Shown one piece after another: positions 38,227 through 52,000 of a stretch of DNA of 64,000 nucleotides. The stretch is from Bispira polyomma. Its lineage: Eukaryota. The position numbers and the translations under genes are program-made. Location: contig OZ287757.1 in assembly GCA_965649765.1 (NCBI GenBank), positions 9,300,001 to 9,364,000 of the forward strand, given 5' to 3'. Position 1 is the stretch's first letter. The number at the start of each line of letters is the position of its first letter. The notes beneath the pieces were generated by a model. The model was not told the origin of the DNA. It searched no databases and saw only the letters and a list, made by a program, of their open reading frames with translations.

Positions 38227-41200
38227 TCAGTCATTCCTCAGAAGAACCTTGCCTGGGGTCTTCAGTTTATCCTCCTGCCACAGTGCCGGGTAGACATAAC
38301 AGATGACCTTGGCCCTTTCAGAGGTCGGGTTGATACTTGTCCAGTACAAATCCTGGATCTTTTCTCCTTTCCATTCCTCCCCAATCCCGTCTGTCGTAAA
38401 CCTCATGGGCGGTCTCTGGATCACCATGTTCCAAGCCAGACGGCACGCGACAGAGACGTACGACTTAAAAATGTCGGCTTCCTTGACCAAGGGCCAGCGA
38501 CTGGTGATGTGATCTTGCGAGTCCGCATGGGACGGTGATGAACATGTGCTATCTAGTTGATCAAATATACTCTGAAAATTTTTATAAAAATCCATATTGT
38601 TTATTGTACTGTTTTGACATAGTCTATGGGGGGCCGCGGTGGCCTAGTGGTTAGCAAGCATTGCGCTTCACAATCACTGGTCTGGTGCAGTGTTCAATAT
38701 AGCTAAAATCACTACAATCTATCTAACTTTTATAGCGCTTTTTCTGTGCTAGCACATTTTAAGACGCATAAGACAGAATATCATTTTGACAATTTCATAT
38801 AGCCATTGAACGTGAGGGGTCATGACCTTGGAGACACCGGAAAAAGGTAAGAAGGCTAAGGTGGAAAAGCCTTGCTGAATAGATAGGTTTTGAGCTATTT
38901 CCTGAACCAGGCAAGTGAAGAGGCAGTGTGAATATCAAATGGCAGATCATTCCACAGCTTAGAAGCATCATATGAGAAACCAAAGATGCTCAGAATGTTT
39001 TTCGGTCCCTGGGTATATTTGTTCATACATAGAATTACTAGTACCAGCACATTGCCAAATAGGTGTAATGAAGAAAAGTATAACAATAATGTAGGGGTAT
39101 GACATGGATGGACATCGTACCTTCACAATAAATGTAATGTTGCCCAATAGTCAACAAACATTGTTGCCAAAGGGTAAAAATTAATATTTATAATCAACGA
39201 ATTTGCTGGCTTATTCCGTAGAAATTTTAATCACTTGATTGCTTAGGGCACTCATTAGAGCACATTTATTCACCAAGCTACAACATTAACAGTACCCAAA
39301 AGTGAAAAATGTATTATTGCTCAGCACATGGGCAATGATTCCATCAAATATCAAGTGACTTGGTCCCGCAGGTTATTGTTATGCAGTTTTCTGTGTTGTT
39401 AAATGTAAAGCTACAGTAAAAAGCACACAAATGTTGACTAATGGGCATACAAATTAATATCATTTGGTACTGTTATGCATCATTCACTAACCTGCTCTAG
39501 CTTCACCATTGATATATTATCACTTGACCTCTTCAGGTAGTTGCTCAACTCTGTGTGTAGATTCTGGGGCAGGGATTTAACCCTCATAATGTCACCAGCA
39601 GCATTCTCTGTTACCTTTACAATAAAGGATGCATAATTTATGGTATTAGTTAAGTTTGGGTTCATTGTGTCTTGTGTCACTTTACGACAGGCAGGTCACT
39701 GTTTACGGAAATCAAAGCAGGCCCCATGTACTATATCTACATTCAGTTTTCCCATATACATGCCAGGGCCGAAATTCCAATCCACAACTGCGGAAGTTGA
39801 AGCTGAAAGTGTTACCCCTATAGCTCACAAATACTTACTACAGTAGAACCCCCATTATCCAAACATGGAAGGGTCTTCAAGGAGAACAGCCATTTTTGTG
39901 CAAAACAATAAATGAAAACAAAAATTTGGTTTGTGGAAATTAGTTCTAATATTTTGAAATGTAGTATGTTGAAAGCAATTTTAAACCCAATAGAAACTAA
40001 ACTAAACCTATAACAAAATTTGACTTTAATTCCATAAAATATCAATCAAAGTATTGTCAGCCACGTTAAAACCGGATCACGTGGAAAATCGCAACTAACC
40101 TGATACATCTGGTCAGTAAATTCAACATATGGTATAACTTACATCTCCCAGGGGATTAATAATACCATCATAAAGACCTTTAAGTGCCTTCTCCGCTTCA
40201 TCATAGGAAATCTGGAAAACATGAATATGCATAACCTAGCGGAAAGCTGTACATAATGAATGTTAAAAATCGACTTTTCATCTAAACCTAAAACGAAACT
40301 GCCAGAACAACTATATTTCCTTGTACAAATAGTGAGTGTAGGCTTAGTGGTTAAGTGTTTTTTCAGGGGTCCTTGATGTGGGAAAATTCTTGATGCAGGT
40401 CATTGATTTTTTATAGTACTAAATAGTTTCATACATAATTCTAGCTTCATCTACCAATACATGACCTTTGCCATGTAACTTTTAAGATACTGAATATATG
40501 ACTGGAAAAGTAGGTAAATTGAAACATATTTTACTGCTCTAGAATAGTGTAACTAGCAAATAAGATACAAAACTCAAATAATCAAAAGAATAATTTCGAG
40601 CAAGCAACGTTTTCCTTTTGATATAGTAAATGTAACATTGATGTGGTTATGGAGGTATAATGTAAAAAAACAAGGAATATTCCTTTAGCATGTTCTACAC
40701 CTAATTTTGAATTCCTATATCTATGTTGTCTTTGTAAATACATGTATTGTTTGGACAGTTAAATTTTGTTCCAATGACAGAAGATTTAAAATCGAAGAGA
40801 AATTTTAGTATAACAGAACAGGAAAAATTAACAATTTAGTAGAGTAGAAAATGTAAAGTAAGGGTATAACACAAGGTTGTATAACAGAGACTTCACAGTA
40901 TAAGTGGACTATATTTGATGTATTAAACTCCTCCTCCCTAATTATTTGATGTATTAAACTCCTCCTTCCTAATTATTTGATGTATTAAACTCCTCCTCCC
41001 TAATTATTTGATGTATTAAACTCCTCCTCCCTAATTATTTGATGTATTAAACTCCTCCTCCCGAATTATATTGACTCCTCCTCCTTAATTATATTGACCG
41101 ATTTCAGGCAGAGTAAGAAATATCTAAATAGTGACTGATATTAGATAATGATATCATAATGTAGTTAGTAATGTAATGTAAAATTCATTTTCACATACTG

Positions 41201-44200
41201 TTCAGCATCCACACATTATATGGATATATTACTTGTTTTATGTACATTTCCATTTTTTTTGCATTTTTCAAACATTTTTTTACAACCCAATATATATGAA
41301 CATCACTTTCATTAATAATAGTCCCTCTTTAGAGCCTTGAGCTAGATGTGAACACGCAATCACCTGCTTGTGATGACCCTTGCCTGTCTCTTTCGGAGAA
41401 CCAGCTTTGGAGGATGTGTATCAATAGAGCACTGTGTAAATGCTTCGCTAAAACTAATAATAAGCCTGGCTTACCAAGATGATGTCACACAAAAGTCTGA
41501 GGTTATCAGCTTCCCCCTCACTTAACCGGTCCACGGTTTCCTTGGCTTCTTGCCATTGGTCAGAACACAGCTGCAGGTAGTCATCCTTAATCCTCATTGG
41601 CCGGTTCTTGATGTTGACGTTCTCAATGGTACTCTCACGTGCGGATACCTTGGCATCCATCTCATGGGAAAGTCTGTAATGATAGGATATGATATTATAG
41701 AGTTTTGACATGCATAATCAATGCCAGGCATCTTCTAAAGAGCAACATCATTCACAGAGTTTTTAAAATTGTAATCCGTTTCCAGCGCAAATTCGTGATC
41801 CAACGTGCTGCAACAGAGAAGGCATAGGATCCAATGGGTTTACTGGTTCTGATATAAGAGACTAAAACATTGTAACACTGACACCATAAGTTTTCCATAT
41901 GTGTTACCTTAAGTAAGTTACAATAGACACTCTATTATCCAAACTTTTGTTATCTGAATATACTACTTCTGGAATACACTTTCATACGAATTTTGACCCT
42001 CTTAAAACATGGTCTCTTAAAACATAACCTTACCTCATTGTCAAGTCCTTCACTTGTTCATCCAGCCGTCCACTTCTCCGTTCTTCACTTTCGAGAGCAC
42101 CCTCCGACTGCTTCAATAGTTGCTCTAGTTGAGACTTCTCCATCACGGCGTGTTCAAGAAGGTCTTGCAGCCGGCTTATTTTACCTTCTATTCCTTTTCG
42201 GTTGTCTGCCAGTTCCACTGCTTTTAGAGGCTTCCCTAAGGTGGTCGACATTTCCTTCATACGATCTTCTAAGCTGTCATCTAATTTGAGCATGGCATTC
42301 TTTTGTTCTTTCATTTCTTTCTCCATCTTATTGTTCTCCAACTGTAGCCTTTCCATATCTTGCTGTAAGCGCTCAATATGTCTGCCCTTCTCTGTATTCT
42401 CTTTCTTCAGTGCTTCTACTTTTTCACCCAGATCCTCCAAGTCTTTGACATGTTTGTCTCCTTTCTGCTCTTCTTCCTCCTGACTTCCTTGCATGTTTTC
42501 TTCTAACGACATCCCACCTACAGTATGTAACAATATATTGATAACAATTAATATATACAAATATATATACATAATTCAAACAATATGTTGTAATAGGAAA
42601 TTGGAAAATGAAATGTCTAGGTGTACACCATTTTTACAGTAAAATCTAATGTCACTGATTTATTGGTATTCTTTATTATTATAACAACATGAACCAGATT
42701 ATTTGTCAGCCAACGGAATAAGAAAATGAAGCAATGGATCCACTCAATCAAATGCAGGAATGAAATGCAATTCTAAGCATTAATGTTGTTACAAAATTCA
42801 AGGAAAATATCAATCAATATAAATATATGGTTTTCAGATCGCACCCGAAGAAGTTGCGGTTTATAACTTTCTGGAACAAAATGTCACTTCTGGATTGGTG
42901 GTGCACCAACTTCCACTAAAAAGGTCACGATCAGTGGTTCATATAATACAGCATTATAGCCTGGGAAAATACATGTATCATTGATTGTTTCAATAGTTTC
43001 ATTTTGATATCAAAGCAGCAAAGTAACGATTAATATTGAAATACCGTCCCAGTACCGCCCTAAGACCGTCCTATTTGTTGGTGCCATTTTCACACCCAAA
43101 TAATAATAAACTATAAAGTACTTAAGTTATATCTAACATTTGTGTGGATATATTGTTTACAGTGCTATTGTAAAAACATAAATGGATCCAACTTGCGATA
43201 TTTTAAATTGATTTTAAATTTTTCTTTAGAGAGCTTTGTAAATGTATTTTTTGACAAATTTTTAATCTTAAGCTGAAAAACAAAAACATGAAATTACTAA
43301 TGTATATGTAATATATTAATGTTCAGTATGCACAGAATGTTCATAGGAATACAGTCACATAACTCACATTTCAAGTTTAATGTTGCTGGTCTTGATATAA
43401 CCCCTGGACGCTGTTTCAAATTGGCCACAGTGTCAACATCGCCCGATTAAAAGCCGATTTTACTTACCTCTAATTGCAAGTGTCTCCTGTTCTGCACGGA
43501 ACTCCTCCGTGATAGAGTCAACTTTCAAATCACTCCCTGTTGTTTTGTGTGTCACCGGACTATTTCTGCCACCCTTTGACTCTGTGTCCACAGGTTCTTC
43601 ATCTTTACTGTTGTTAGAATACAAGTTTGTTTTATTTAAAAATAAGTTTACATTACAATTACATGTATTTATTTCATACGTACGTAGATAATGCAAATAC
43701 ATACAAACTAAAATAAGCATTTGAATCTGTCAAGCAAATTAGCCAGAAAACACATGAAACACAAATATAAGACCAAATATTGTCACAAATAGGCTTGACA
43801 GTCTGATAGCTAAAAAAACCAAAGGTTTTTCATATGGCATTGTATATTATAGACACATACAGAATACAACAACATCACACTTTACATGTATAATGTTAAC
43901 AGAAAATAAGAAACATTATATAAACCACAGAAACAACCTCTTTTAGTAGCTATCGGTCCATTGTAGCCAATCTATTGTTTTATTAATAATTATTAAGAAC
44001 AAAATAACAAAAAACAATATCCTTATAAGATTAAATGATATCCAATAGTTTAATACAGACATCTTGAAAAAAATATGAGGAGTGACATTGTTTGGAATTT
44101 TATTTGATATTTCTTCATCTTCTATATACAATTTTCCTAAATAATACCAGTGAGCTCAATATAAGCAATCTTTTGATTGTTATAAAAAGGTCATACCGAG

Positions 44201-44649
44201 TAAAATTTCACATAATGTAAAACTATGTATACTTGTATACTTTGTGTATGTTCTTGTTAATTGAGACACTTGGCACTGCAATAATCACTCATAATCACAG
44301 GCCTCTCACCAATGTGGGTTTCGATACCAGTTACTTCGTTCATGTTGGAAAAATTTTGTCAGGTACTTGCCATAGGATGGTGCTTTACGGTGGCTTCAGT
44401 CCTGGTTTACGCCACCATTAAATCTGGCAATCTTGATATAACCTAAGCTGTTGAACGTGACGTGAAACCCAACTAAATTCAAGTTATTACTTACACGAAT
44501 TGCTGCTCCTTCTTTTGCTCATTTGCTGAATCCATCCCTGTTTGGGCATGTTCCTCATTTGCATCTGGTTTTCCCATGCCTGGCAGTTTCTGAGGTGTGG
44601 TCCTGTTATTAATGGCTGCTCTTTGAGTAAAAGACCCTGGCTCTGCCAT
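38227..44649 (-). CDS. Mieap/SPATA18-like coiled-coil protein, paralogue B, ~504 aa; coding exons 44649-44495, 43607-43468, 42517-42034, 41673-41475, 40211-40143, 39614-39492, 38571-38227
   Basis: GT-AG junctions with phases 2,1,2,0,0,0 give a 1515-nt open frame; long heptad-rich coiled coil, then R|LSHEM..IENVNIKNRPMRIKDDYLQLCSDQWQEA and ACRLAWNMVIQRPPM..YVYPALWQEDKLKTPGKV, homologous to paralogue A. Confidence 0.8.
38628..38683 (+). mobile_element. 5' fragment of the same SINE
   Basis: ggccgcggtggcctagtggttagcaagcattgcgcttcacaatcactggtct is almost identical to the 63421 head. Confidence 0.8.
38710..39090 (-). mobile_element. Degenerate L2 3' fragment in last intron of gene B
   Basis: FSYDASKLWNDLP..FRK..KAFPP-type end and L2-like 3' UTR. 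Confidence 0.65.
40913..41098. repeat. Minisatellite, 31-bp unit x5 plus degenerate copies
   Basis: Unit atttgatgtattaaactcctcctccctaatt read directly. Confidence 0.9.
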
Positions 44650-46092
44650 TGTTGAAATGTGTGAGTTTTATTGTTATAAAAACTGCGAACTTTTACCATT
44701 TATCCAGCCCAGACTTCCTCCTTGAGAAAATGAAAATATACCACCATTTGTGTATCCACCAAGGATATTTTATGGCTGACAAACCTATAAAAAGCATCAT
44801 TCACCCAAGTGACTTGGCTATAGCTGTCATCAGTGAACGAAGTGAACCAGTCACAGATATATAGTTATGTCACAAGGATGTGTAATCCTTAATATTTTAT
44901 CAAACAGTTTAATATAACCTTTTCATTATGCAACATTTAACCAATACATTTAGATTGTTACTTATACAACTATTTTATTGTGCGAAAGTTTTTATTTCAA
45001 GCTATGAACCAATGAAACACTCCTTTTTTTTCTTTTTTGGGGGGTGGGGGATGAGGGGGTGGGTGGTGGTGGGGTGGGGGGGTGGGGGGTTATATCCTAT
45101 TTTAGCCTCATGTGCTCATACCACAAGAGAACCTTATTCTAGTCATAAAACCTTTGTAATAATAATAACATTGGTGTTATCACATTTAAGTTGAAATATT
45201 TGTAGGCTCCACTCGATGAGTGGAGATACCGGTTATGTGTCATTTAATTATTAGTGACATATATGCCCTACTAGATCTTCACCCATCGAGTGGGCGAGTG
45301 AAAAACACCGAGAAATATAGCTTTCTGTACATTAAGGTAGTTATTTTTACTGTCATGTAATATATATATCTAATAGGAAATTACCCGAGTGACGCATTTT
45401 ATTTAATTTTATCTCAAGAGAAGACAAATCAATATCGTCCCAGTCTGTAGGACTCGGGATTTATTTATTTACTATAACAATATTGAAACAACCCAAAACT
45501 TTATATAGTCTTTTGTTTATATATCAAAACTTTCCATTATGACGTCACAATGCAAATCTGAAAGCTAAGAACATTAGAGTTTTTACCATAAATAACTAAC
45601 TTAAAACATGTAATTAGACACGTCTTAAAACCGAGTTTGTTAAACCAAAACATTTTTTAAGGTTGATATTTCATATTCGCCATACTTTTTAGCAACTTTC
45701 TGTGTTAAATATTGCCTAAAATTGATACTAAAAAAGCCTCAGAAACGTACAGTTTTCATATACACATTTACGGGCGCCGGTACATACAAAAAAATAGATT
45801 GCCTAGTGTGTCTTCTCCTCTGTATGATCCGTATACGTGACCAAGTGGATAATAAATATATGTATCCTGAGAAACACACCCACTATCAAACTTCTACCTC
45901 TGTATTCTTTTGCCACATACGAGTGTCTGAATTCTATATAACTGATTTGTATGGATGGTAATAAACTCCAAGATGTCCAATATGCACACAAAACAGGTTC
46001 TGTACACAAGTTTGGGTAAAGGGAATCAATACACACACAGTACTTACAAAAAATATTATAGTAGCATACATCGACTATTGTGTTTACAGGCA

Positions 46093-46110
46093 AAATCGAA
46101 AGTGAAAGTA
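46093..46110. promoter_or_regulatory. ISRE/IRF-E upstream of Mieap-like gene B
   Basis: AAATCGAAAGTGAAAGTA, identical over 18 bp to 31275-31292; ~1.3 kb upstream of the ATG-containing exon (acceptor at 44785), where a non-coding first exon is expected. Confidence 0.6.
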
Positions 46111-46293
46111 GTGATATTATATTTTAGTGCTCAAATAAATTCCCTTTTGTGTTTCTTCTTCGCCAATCAAAGGAAATAGCGTATTTTTTAACAATCAGTT
46201 TCAGTATCTCGGTCAAATTTATCAGCAATACATTTTAGTGAAATATAAATTCAAATTAGTAAAAATTGACAAACGCGAGTTTTTTCCCCACAA

Positions 46294-47096
46294 CATCAGC
46301 TGACAAAGTATGCAACCTGGGCGTGTTGTTTGACTCTGAATTCTCCTTCTCCAACCATGTTGCATCCGTGTGTAGATCATGTTTTGTTGGCCTCCGTGAT
46401 TTCAGGCGAATTAGACGTTATCTAACCAAATCCACTGCAATCACTGTTGCCAACGCCTTGGTCAGCAGTAGGCTTGATTACTGCAACTCTCTGTTCCGTT
46501 CCCTATCTTGTAGTGACCTCAAACGTCTTCAGAACGTTCAACACTCATTGGCTCGCATCGTGGCCAAAACTTGTAAATTTTCTCATATTACTCCTGTACT
46601 TAATTCACTCCACTGGCTCCCAATAAAATATCGTGTTGCTTTCAAAATTGCAACAATTATATACAAATTTCTAAATTCTGGATCACCCACCTATTTCAGC
46701 CCCCATCTATCCAAATATACATGCTCAGTCAGGACTAGGCGCAGTAACCCTGATATGTTATATCTTAACATTCCCACTTTCGACCCTCGCATCCACAAAT
46801 CCAAAGTACATTTCAATCATTGCCTTGCTCATGATGGCCCCTTCATATGGAACAGCCTGCCTGATCATGTTCGCTTGGCTCAAACTTTCTCCTCTTTTAG
46901 GAGTAAACTGAAGGCCTACCTTTTCGAACAGGCCTTTCCACCTTAGCCATCGCAACCATCCCGGTAGTCTCTCTGGTTATGACCACCATCCGTCCCCCAT
47001 TTCTGATTTTTTGATTAATGCTTAGGTCAGTTGCGCCTTAGAATTTGTTGTACAAAGATTAAGTGCTATAAAAGTACGATTAGATTAGATTAGATT
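46294..47096 (+). mobile_element. 5'-truncated L2 copy, same family as 23150-26596
   Basis: ADKVCNLGV..SRLDYCNSL..LHWLP..AFPP* nearly identical to 23308-23960; (GATTA)n tail. Confidence 0.9.
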
Positions 47097-48919
47097 AATC
47101 AAAACCATAATTGAAACTGGGCCGAACGTTTACACCGATATTAGCACTTTTTAAAAGCATGTATAAATGTCTAGACCTTGTGGCAGGGCCTTCCATGAGG
47201 GCATTATGATTTTTATTCCACATCCCTCTATGAATTTCCTACAGGATAAAATAAAGAATCTGCCAGTTATAAAGACACTAGTGCTAACACCTTTTGAACA
47301 GATAGAAACTGTGTCAAATGCAGTCATACAGTGTTTCACCAACAGTAAAGCTTGTAAGTCTAATAAATGTCATATTACACGTTAATCATATGACATTAGA
47401 AAGTCAAAGTCCAATTTTAGGGTTTTAAGTCCCGTTCAACAGCCAGGGTCATATTGGGACAGACCCTCAGCATTTACCACTTGAGGGAGGCGAACTCATG
47501 CAGAGGTGACAGCCTGTGATTATATGCCAAACTTGCTAACCACTCGCCACTTGTTAAAAATGTAATTATATATAAGAACATAATACCACACTACTAGGTT
47601 TGTATGTTCACTAGGTCTATGATGCGAGTCCAATTGGCCAATGCTGAAAATACCTCCTGTGGCCAATATTTATAAATGTGTATTTGTGGCAAAGTATTCT
47701 AGATTAAATAGAATGAAATGGGAAAATGGTGTAATCTTTAGAGAAGTGTGGGCGTAAAAGTTTTTGATGTTGTGTTGAAAGAAGGAATTGTAGTCCATGT
47801 TTTTACTTTTTATAACCACTAAATACATGGTCACTTTTAACATACACTTTTTATATTTCATACTATTAATTTGTTGGTCACTTCCTATTCAGACTTTATT
47901 ACCGTATTATTGTAGTTAGTAGCTAGCTTGAATATGTACTTAAGTTCTCATTAAGGCTGGACTCATCAGAGCAAATAGAGCCAGAGAATCCAAGTATAGA
48001 CACAACAGCGTTACTTCCTACACAATAAGTGATTTGTCTCTTCTCTGGATTAAGTAAATATTATTTCCTTTTTATAACACTATATACATTTTTCACATTT
48101 GTTTAATTGTCCAAGTTTGTATAAAGTAACTTCTATATTAAGTCCATATCATTTTCACCTATTATTGTTTCACGTTCATAAACATTTCACTATATTAATT
48201 ACTCATAATTCCCGCATATTATTGTGTCCTATGTATAAACGTTTCACTGAATTATTCCAAGCTCGATCTATTAGTTCTGTACTGCAGAGTGACAACTGGC
48301 TGTCCATGCTTCCCTCAAAGTGCTAAGCTATCCCAGCTAAAGTAACACTTGGGAAGCAGCCAGCTAGCTACCCAAGACCCAAGAAGCTAAACCCAAGAAG
48401 CTAGTCACTGCCCATGTGACCCAAGAAGATGGTCACTTGTAGTAATGCACCCACCATCATGCTGGTGGGTGAAGTCAGTCTCACTGACTGACTATCTGAA
48501 GTGAACTCTAACCTAGCTTGAACTAAATTGCCTGGCTAAGGCTCTACCTTATATAGCGAAATAAGTGATGGATATAATAAGGATTTACAAAGCCCTTAGC
48601 CAATAAGTATGAAGAAGTATTTAAGTATAAACCTGCCAGCTGTTGTTTAGGTCTCCAGCTACCACAATGCATTGTACAGAATCAACACATCTACTCTACA
48701 AATATATAATTAGACTAACACCATAACATTACACAGTGAAATGTCACAAAGGACTTTTTACATAATAGCTAGTGACATGTGTTGTTTCTGTCACATCACA
48801 GACTCGTAAATTGACATAACAAATGACATGAGACAAAAAGGTATAGCCTTTCGGTACTGTGACTTTTCCTGTATGTGGATTGAAGAGGTTTATACAGTTG
48901 GTTGTTGTTGATGTGCGAC

Positions 48920-49810
48920 TAACCTATTACACACCGCTTTTTCAACAACTTTTGACATAAATGGAAGATTGCTGACAGGTCTGTAATTCTTCAAAACATC
49001 TTGATCAAGATTAGGTTTTTTCAAAAGTGGCTTGACTAGAGCATGCTTTAAGCTTGTAGGGAATTAACCAGTTTACATGGATAGGTTAACGATTTTTGTC
49101 ATTATGCTCAAACATGGAGATCCAGGGTTAACACATTGTTTTAGGATCGCTGTTGGCATAGGATCTGTAGCATTTGTAGAATTTTTGGTGTAACTGATGA
49201 TCTTTACAATTTCTGCTTCATCTGCAGCTCTGAATAAAAACATTTGATCTCTTACTTCTTCCTCTTCCACTTTAATATTATCTGTTGTGGTAGCTTCTAT
49301 ATAAAGTTTTGAATGAATGTCCTTCATCTACTGTATAAAGAAATTATTAAAAACTTCTGTTAGGTCTGAACAAAAATGGTTATTTGGCAGTTTATGTCTT
49401 GGTTTATTTTGCAGTAGATGGGACACAACATTATATAGCTTATTTTGATCTCCTTGACAATCTTCTATGATATTTTGAAGGTGTGATTCTTCTGATTGTC
49501 GAATAAGTTAAAAACATTTATTTCGTAGATCTTTAAAAATTTGTCTATCAATTTCGAGTTTTGTTCAACGCCACTTTTGTTCTGCCTTCCTTTTTTCTGA
49601 TAAAGTCTTTTGAATTCCTGTTGTCCACCATGGTTTTTTATCTCAAAGAGCTATTAAACATGTTTTAGATAGTGCATGCTTTTGTAGTGTTTCAGAAAGT
49701 GTGGAGTTGTACTGATCGATTAAATGTTCTAGGTCATCTGATGGTGATGACTAACTGTGACAAATTTATATCCTCACACAATAAATCAAAGTTGATGTTT
49801 TTCAATTTCC
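48920..49810 (-). mobile_element. Degenerate L2/CR1-group internal fragment
   Basis: TDPMPTAILKQC..IVNLSM and NYRPVSNLP remnants with many stops. Confidence 0.6.
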
Positions 49811-52000
49811 GTTTGAAACTTTAAAATTTTACTATTTTGACATTTACGAAATATTTTCTATATTTTTAGAAACTCTTACAATATCCTATGATTATATATT
49901 TCCATAAATTACATCTTCTCACAGAAGCACAAACTATGCCAAATTACAACGTAATAACTAGGTCTCATTCAGACGGTTGACCATCACAAATGGACCACAG
50001 ATGTCTTCTGAGTGATCAGTTGCAGTAGGTTTCAACATTGTTTCATATTTGTCTACATTAGGAGTGCTTTGGAAAACTTCATTGATATCCATAAGCATTA
50101 TTCTCACCATCACAAAAGTAAAAAAAAATGTGGGGTAAGGCTTGCTATGGGGTATACATCTTGATCAGTTTTGGAGTGTTTCTCATCAGTAGCAGTTTGT
50201 GTTGGCTCGTTGTGGCTCGTGTGTTGCATTAGTGTGGATTAGTAGCAGTTAGGTAACATTAGTGATGTATTAATGAGTATTTGTTATTGTCCCTTATGTC
50301 TTCGTTTCTCATTAGTGGGTGTTAGGGAAGGTATGTGTCACAGTGGCAGTGTGGCTTAGGTGAGGAGGGAAATATACACCATGTAACAGTCTATCTAGGG
50401 TATAACCTCATGCAAAGAAGGATCATGTCTGAATCAGAACTAGCCTTAAGGTAGAGAGAACTGTGTACTCTTTGTGCATGGCAAAATGGTGTCAAGTACA
50501 TATTATCTGTAAACAATCTAAAACCGGTTGAGACAGCAGTGTTATCACTGTTGATAAATTAATCATTAACACAAATATTCACAACAACACAGTATTGAGC
50601 CAGTATAATCTATATGTAGTATTGGGTCAGATACTTATCAGATTAATCAGAGGTGTGGTGTGTGCTAGAGTTCTATTTGAAGTGGCCTGTATCATATATG
50701 TTTCTTAACTGACAGGGCAAACTGACACTATAATGTATATTAAATAGTGCATCGTCATGGCTATATGAAGACCTTCTATTAAATGTTTCATATAATATAA
50801 GTTTGGATAAATGAATTGTCGACAGGTAATTGTTGAAATTACTTGATGATGAAATAGTTCATTTTCCACGAAAATTATGTCACAAGGCTTTTATGTGATG
50901 TAGGAGTTAATATAGGAACAAAGGCATGCCCTTTTACTAAAGTCACCTCTTTGTTGTGTTTTACAGTCTGGAAAGAATTACAAAATTCTCCTAAAATTAT
51001 GCAAAATGTATGCTACATCAAAATGCATTGTGCATTAACTTTGCTTTGTATATGCGTTTATGATGTAAACCATTTTGCTAACATATTCCATTACCAGTTA
51101 AAGTGTAAGAAATTTAACCTTAATGTGTATGTATGTCAACTTATGTCTATCAAATTTAATAGTATGTGATTGGGGTTTATTTTCACTTTCAACACATTGT
51201 GTAGGTCATATTACGACAGACAGTTTTACTGGTGCGGTCAAGCTAGTTGGTAAAGATTTTACACTGTAAACCACTGGCTATCGGCAAGTATGGCCAACTT
51301 TCCCACATAAAGCCGCGACCGATATTCAAACTCATGACCTCAGAGGTAGTAGGTGAGTCTGTTAACCACTACGCCAACAAGCCTCCAGTATTATATTTGT
51401 AATATATTATGAGATAGTGAAGCATGTGGACATTATGATCTATATCTGTATTACATGTAAACATTATATTTATTTATATATAGTACATGTATTGTATATA
51501 ATAGAGTAGATGAATTTGCATGTATATTATAGTGCATGGTAATTAAATTATTTCCAGAATCAACCAAAATATAAAAATATTAACTATAAGGTGCCATATG
51601 AAAAATACTGTTTTAACACTAAATGTTGTGGTAAATTGTTTTAAAAACGATACCACCCATGTATGAAATCATAATTGGTTGTTAATCAATCAGCTGAAAT
51701 TTCTGTTCACTTTAATTTTAATATACCAATATGCACGTGCATAGCTGTAATGATAAATCGATTAGTGTATGTAATAATCATCAACAAACATGGAGCCTGT
51801 GGATAAACCTTGCTGTACACTGCTTGTCAACAGACATGGTATTGAAAGTATTAATTATTAAAGTGTGGTGTTCAAGTGTTGAATAATTTACGTCTTTAAT
51901 ATTGTTTTCTAAATACATAAATCATAATTTTAATAGATGACATGTTTAGTGAAGTCCAGCAGATTTACTCAAGTATTTTGTTTTACATTTTACAGGGAAC

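Noticed and set aside
40913-41098. Regular repeats that could suggest a CRISPR array
   Set aside because: Head-to-tail units without unique spacers, eukaryotic intron context, no cas genes
50864-50872. GAS-like TTCCACGAA before the kinase
   Set aside because: Isolated short motif expected by chance in 64 kb of AT-rich DNA
51178-51192. ISRE core TTTCACTTTC upstream of the kinase exon
   Set aside because: Lies in the 3' end of a decayed SINE (variant of ttgaaagtgac..aaaccc); no evidence of a nearby TSS
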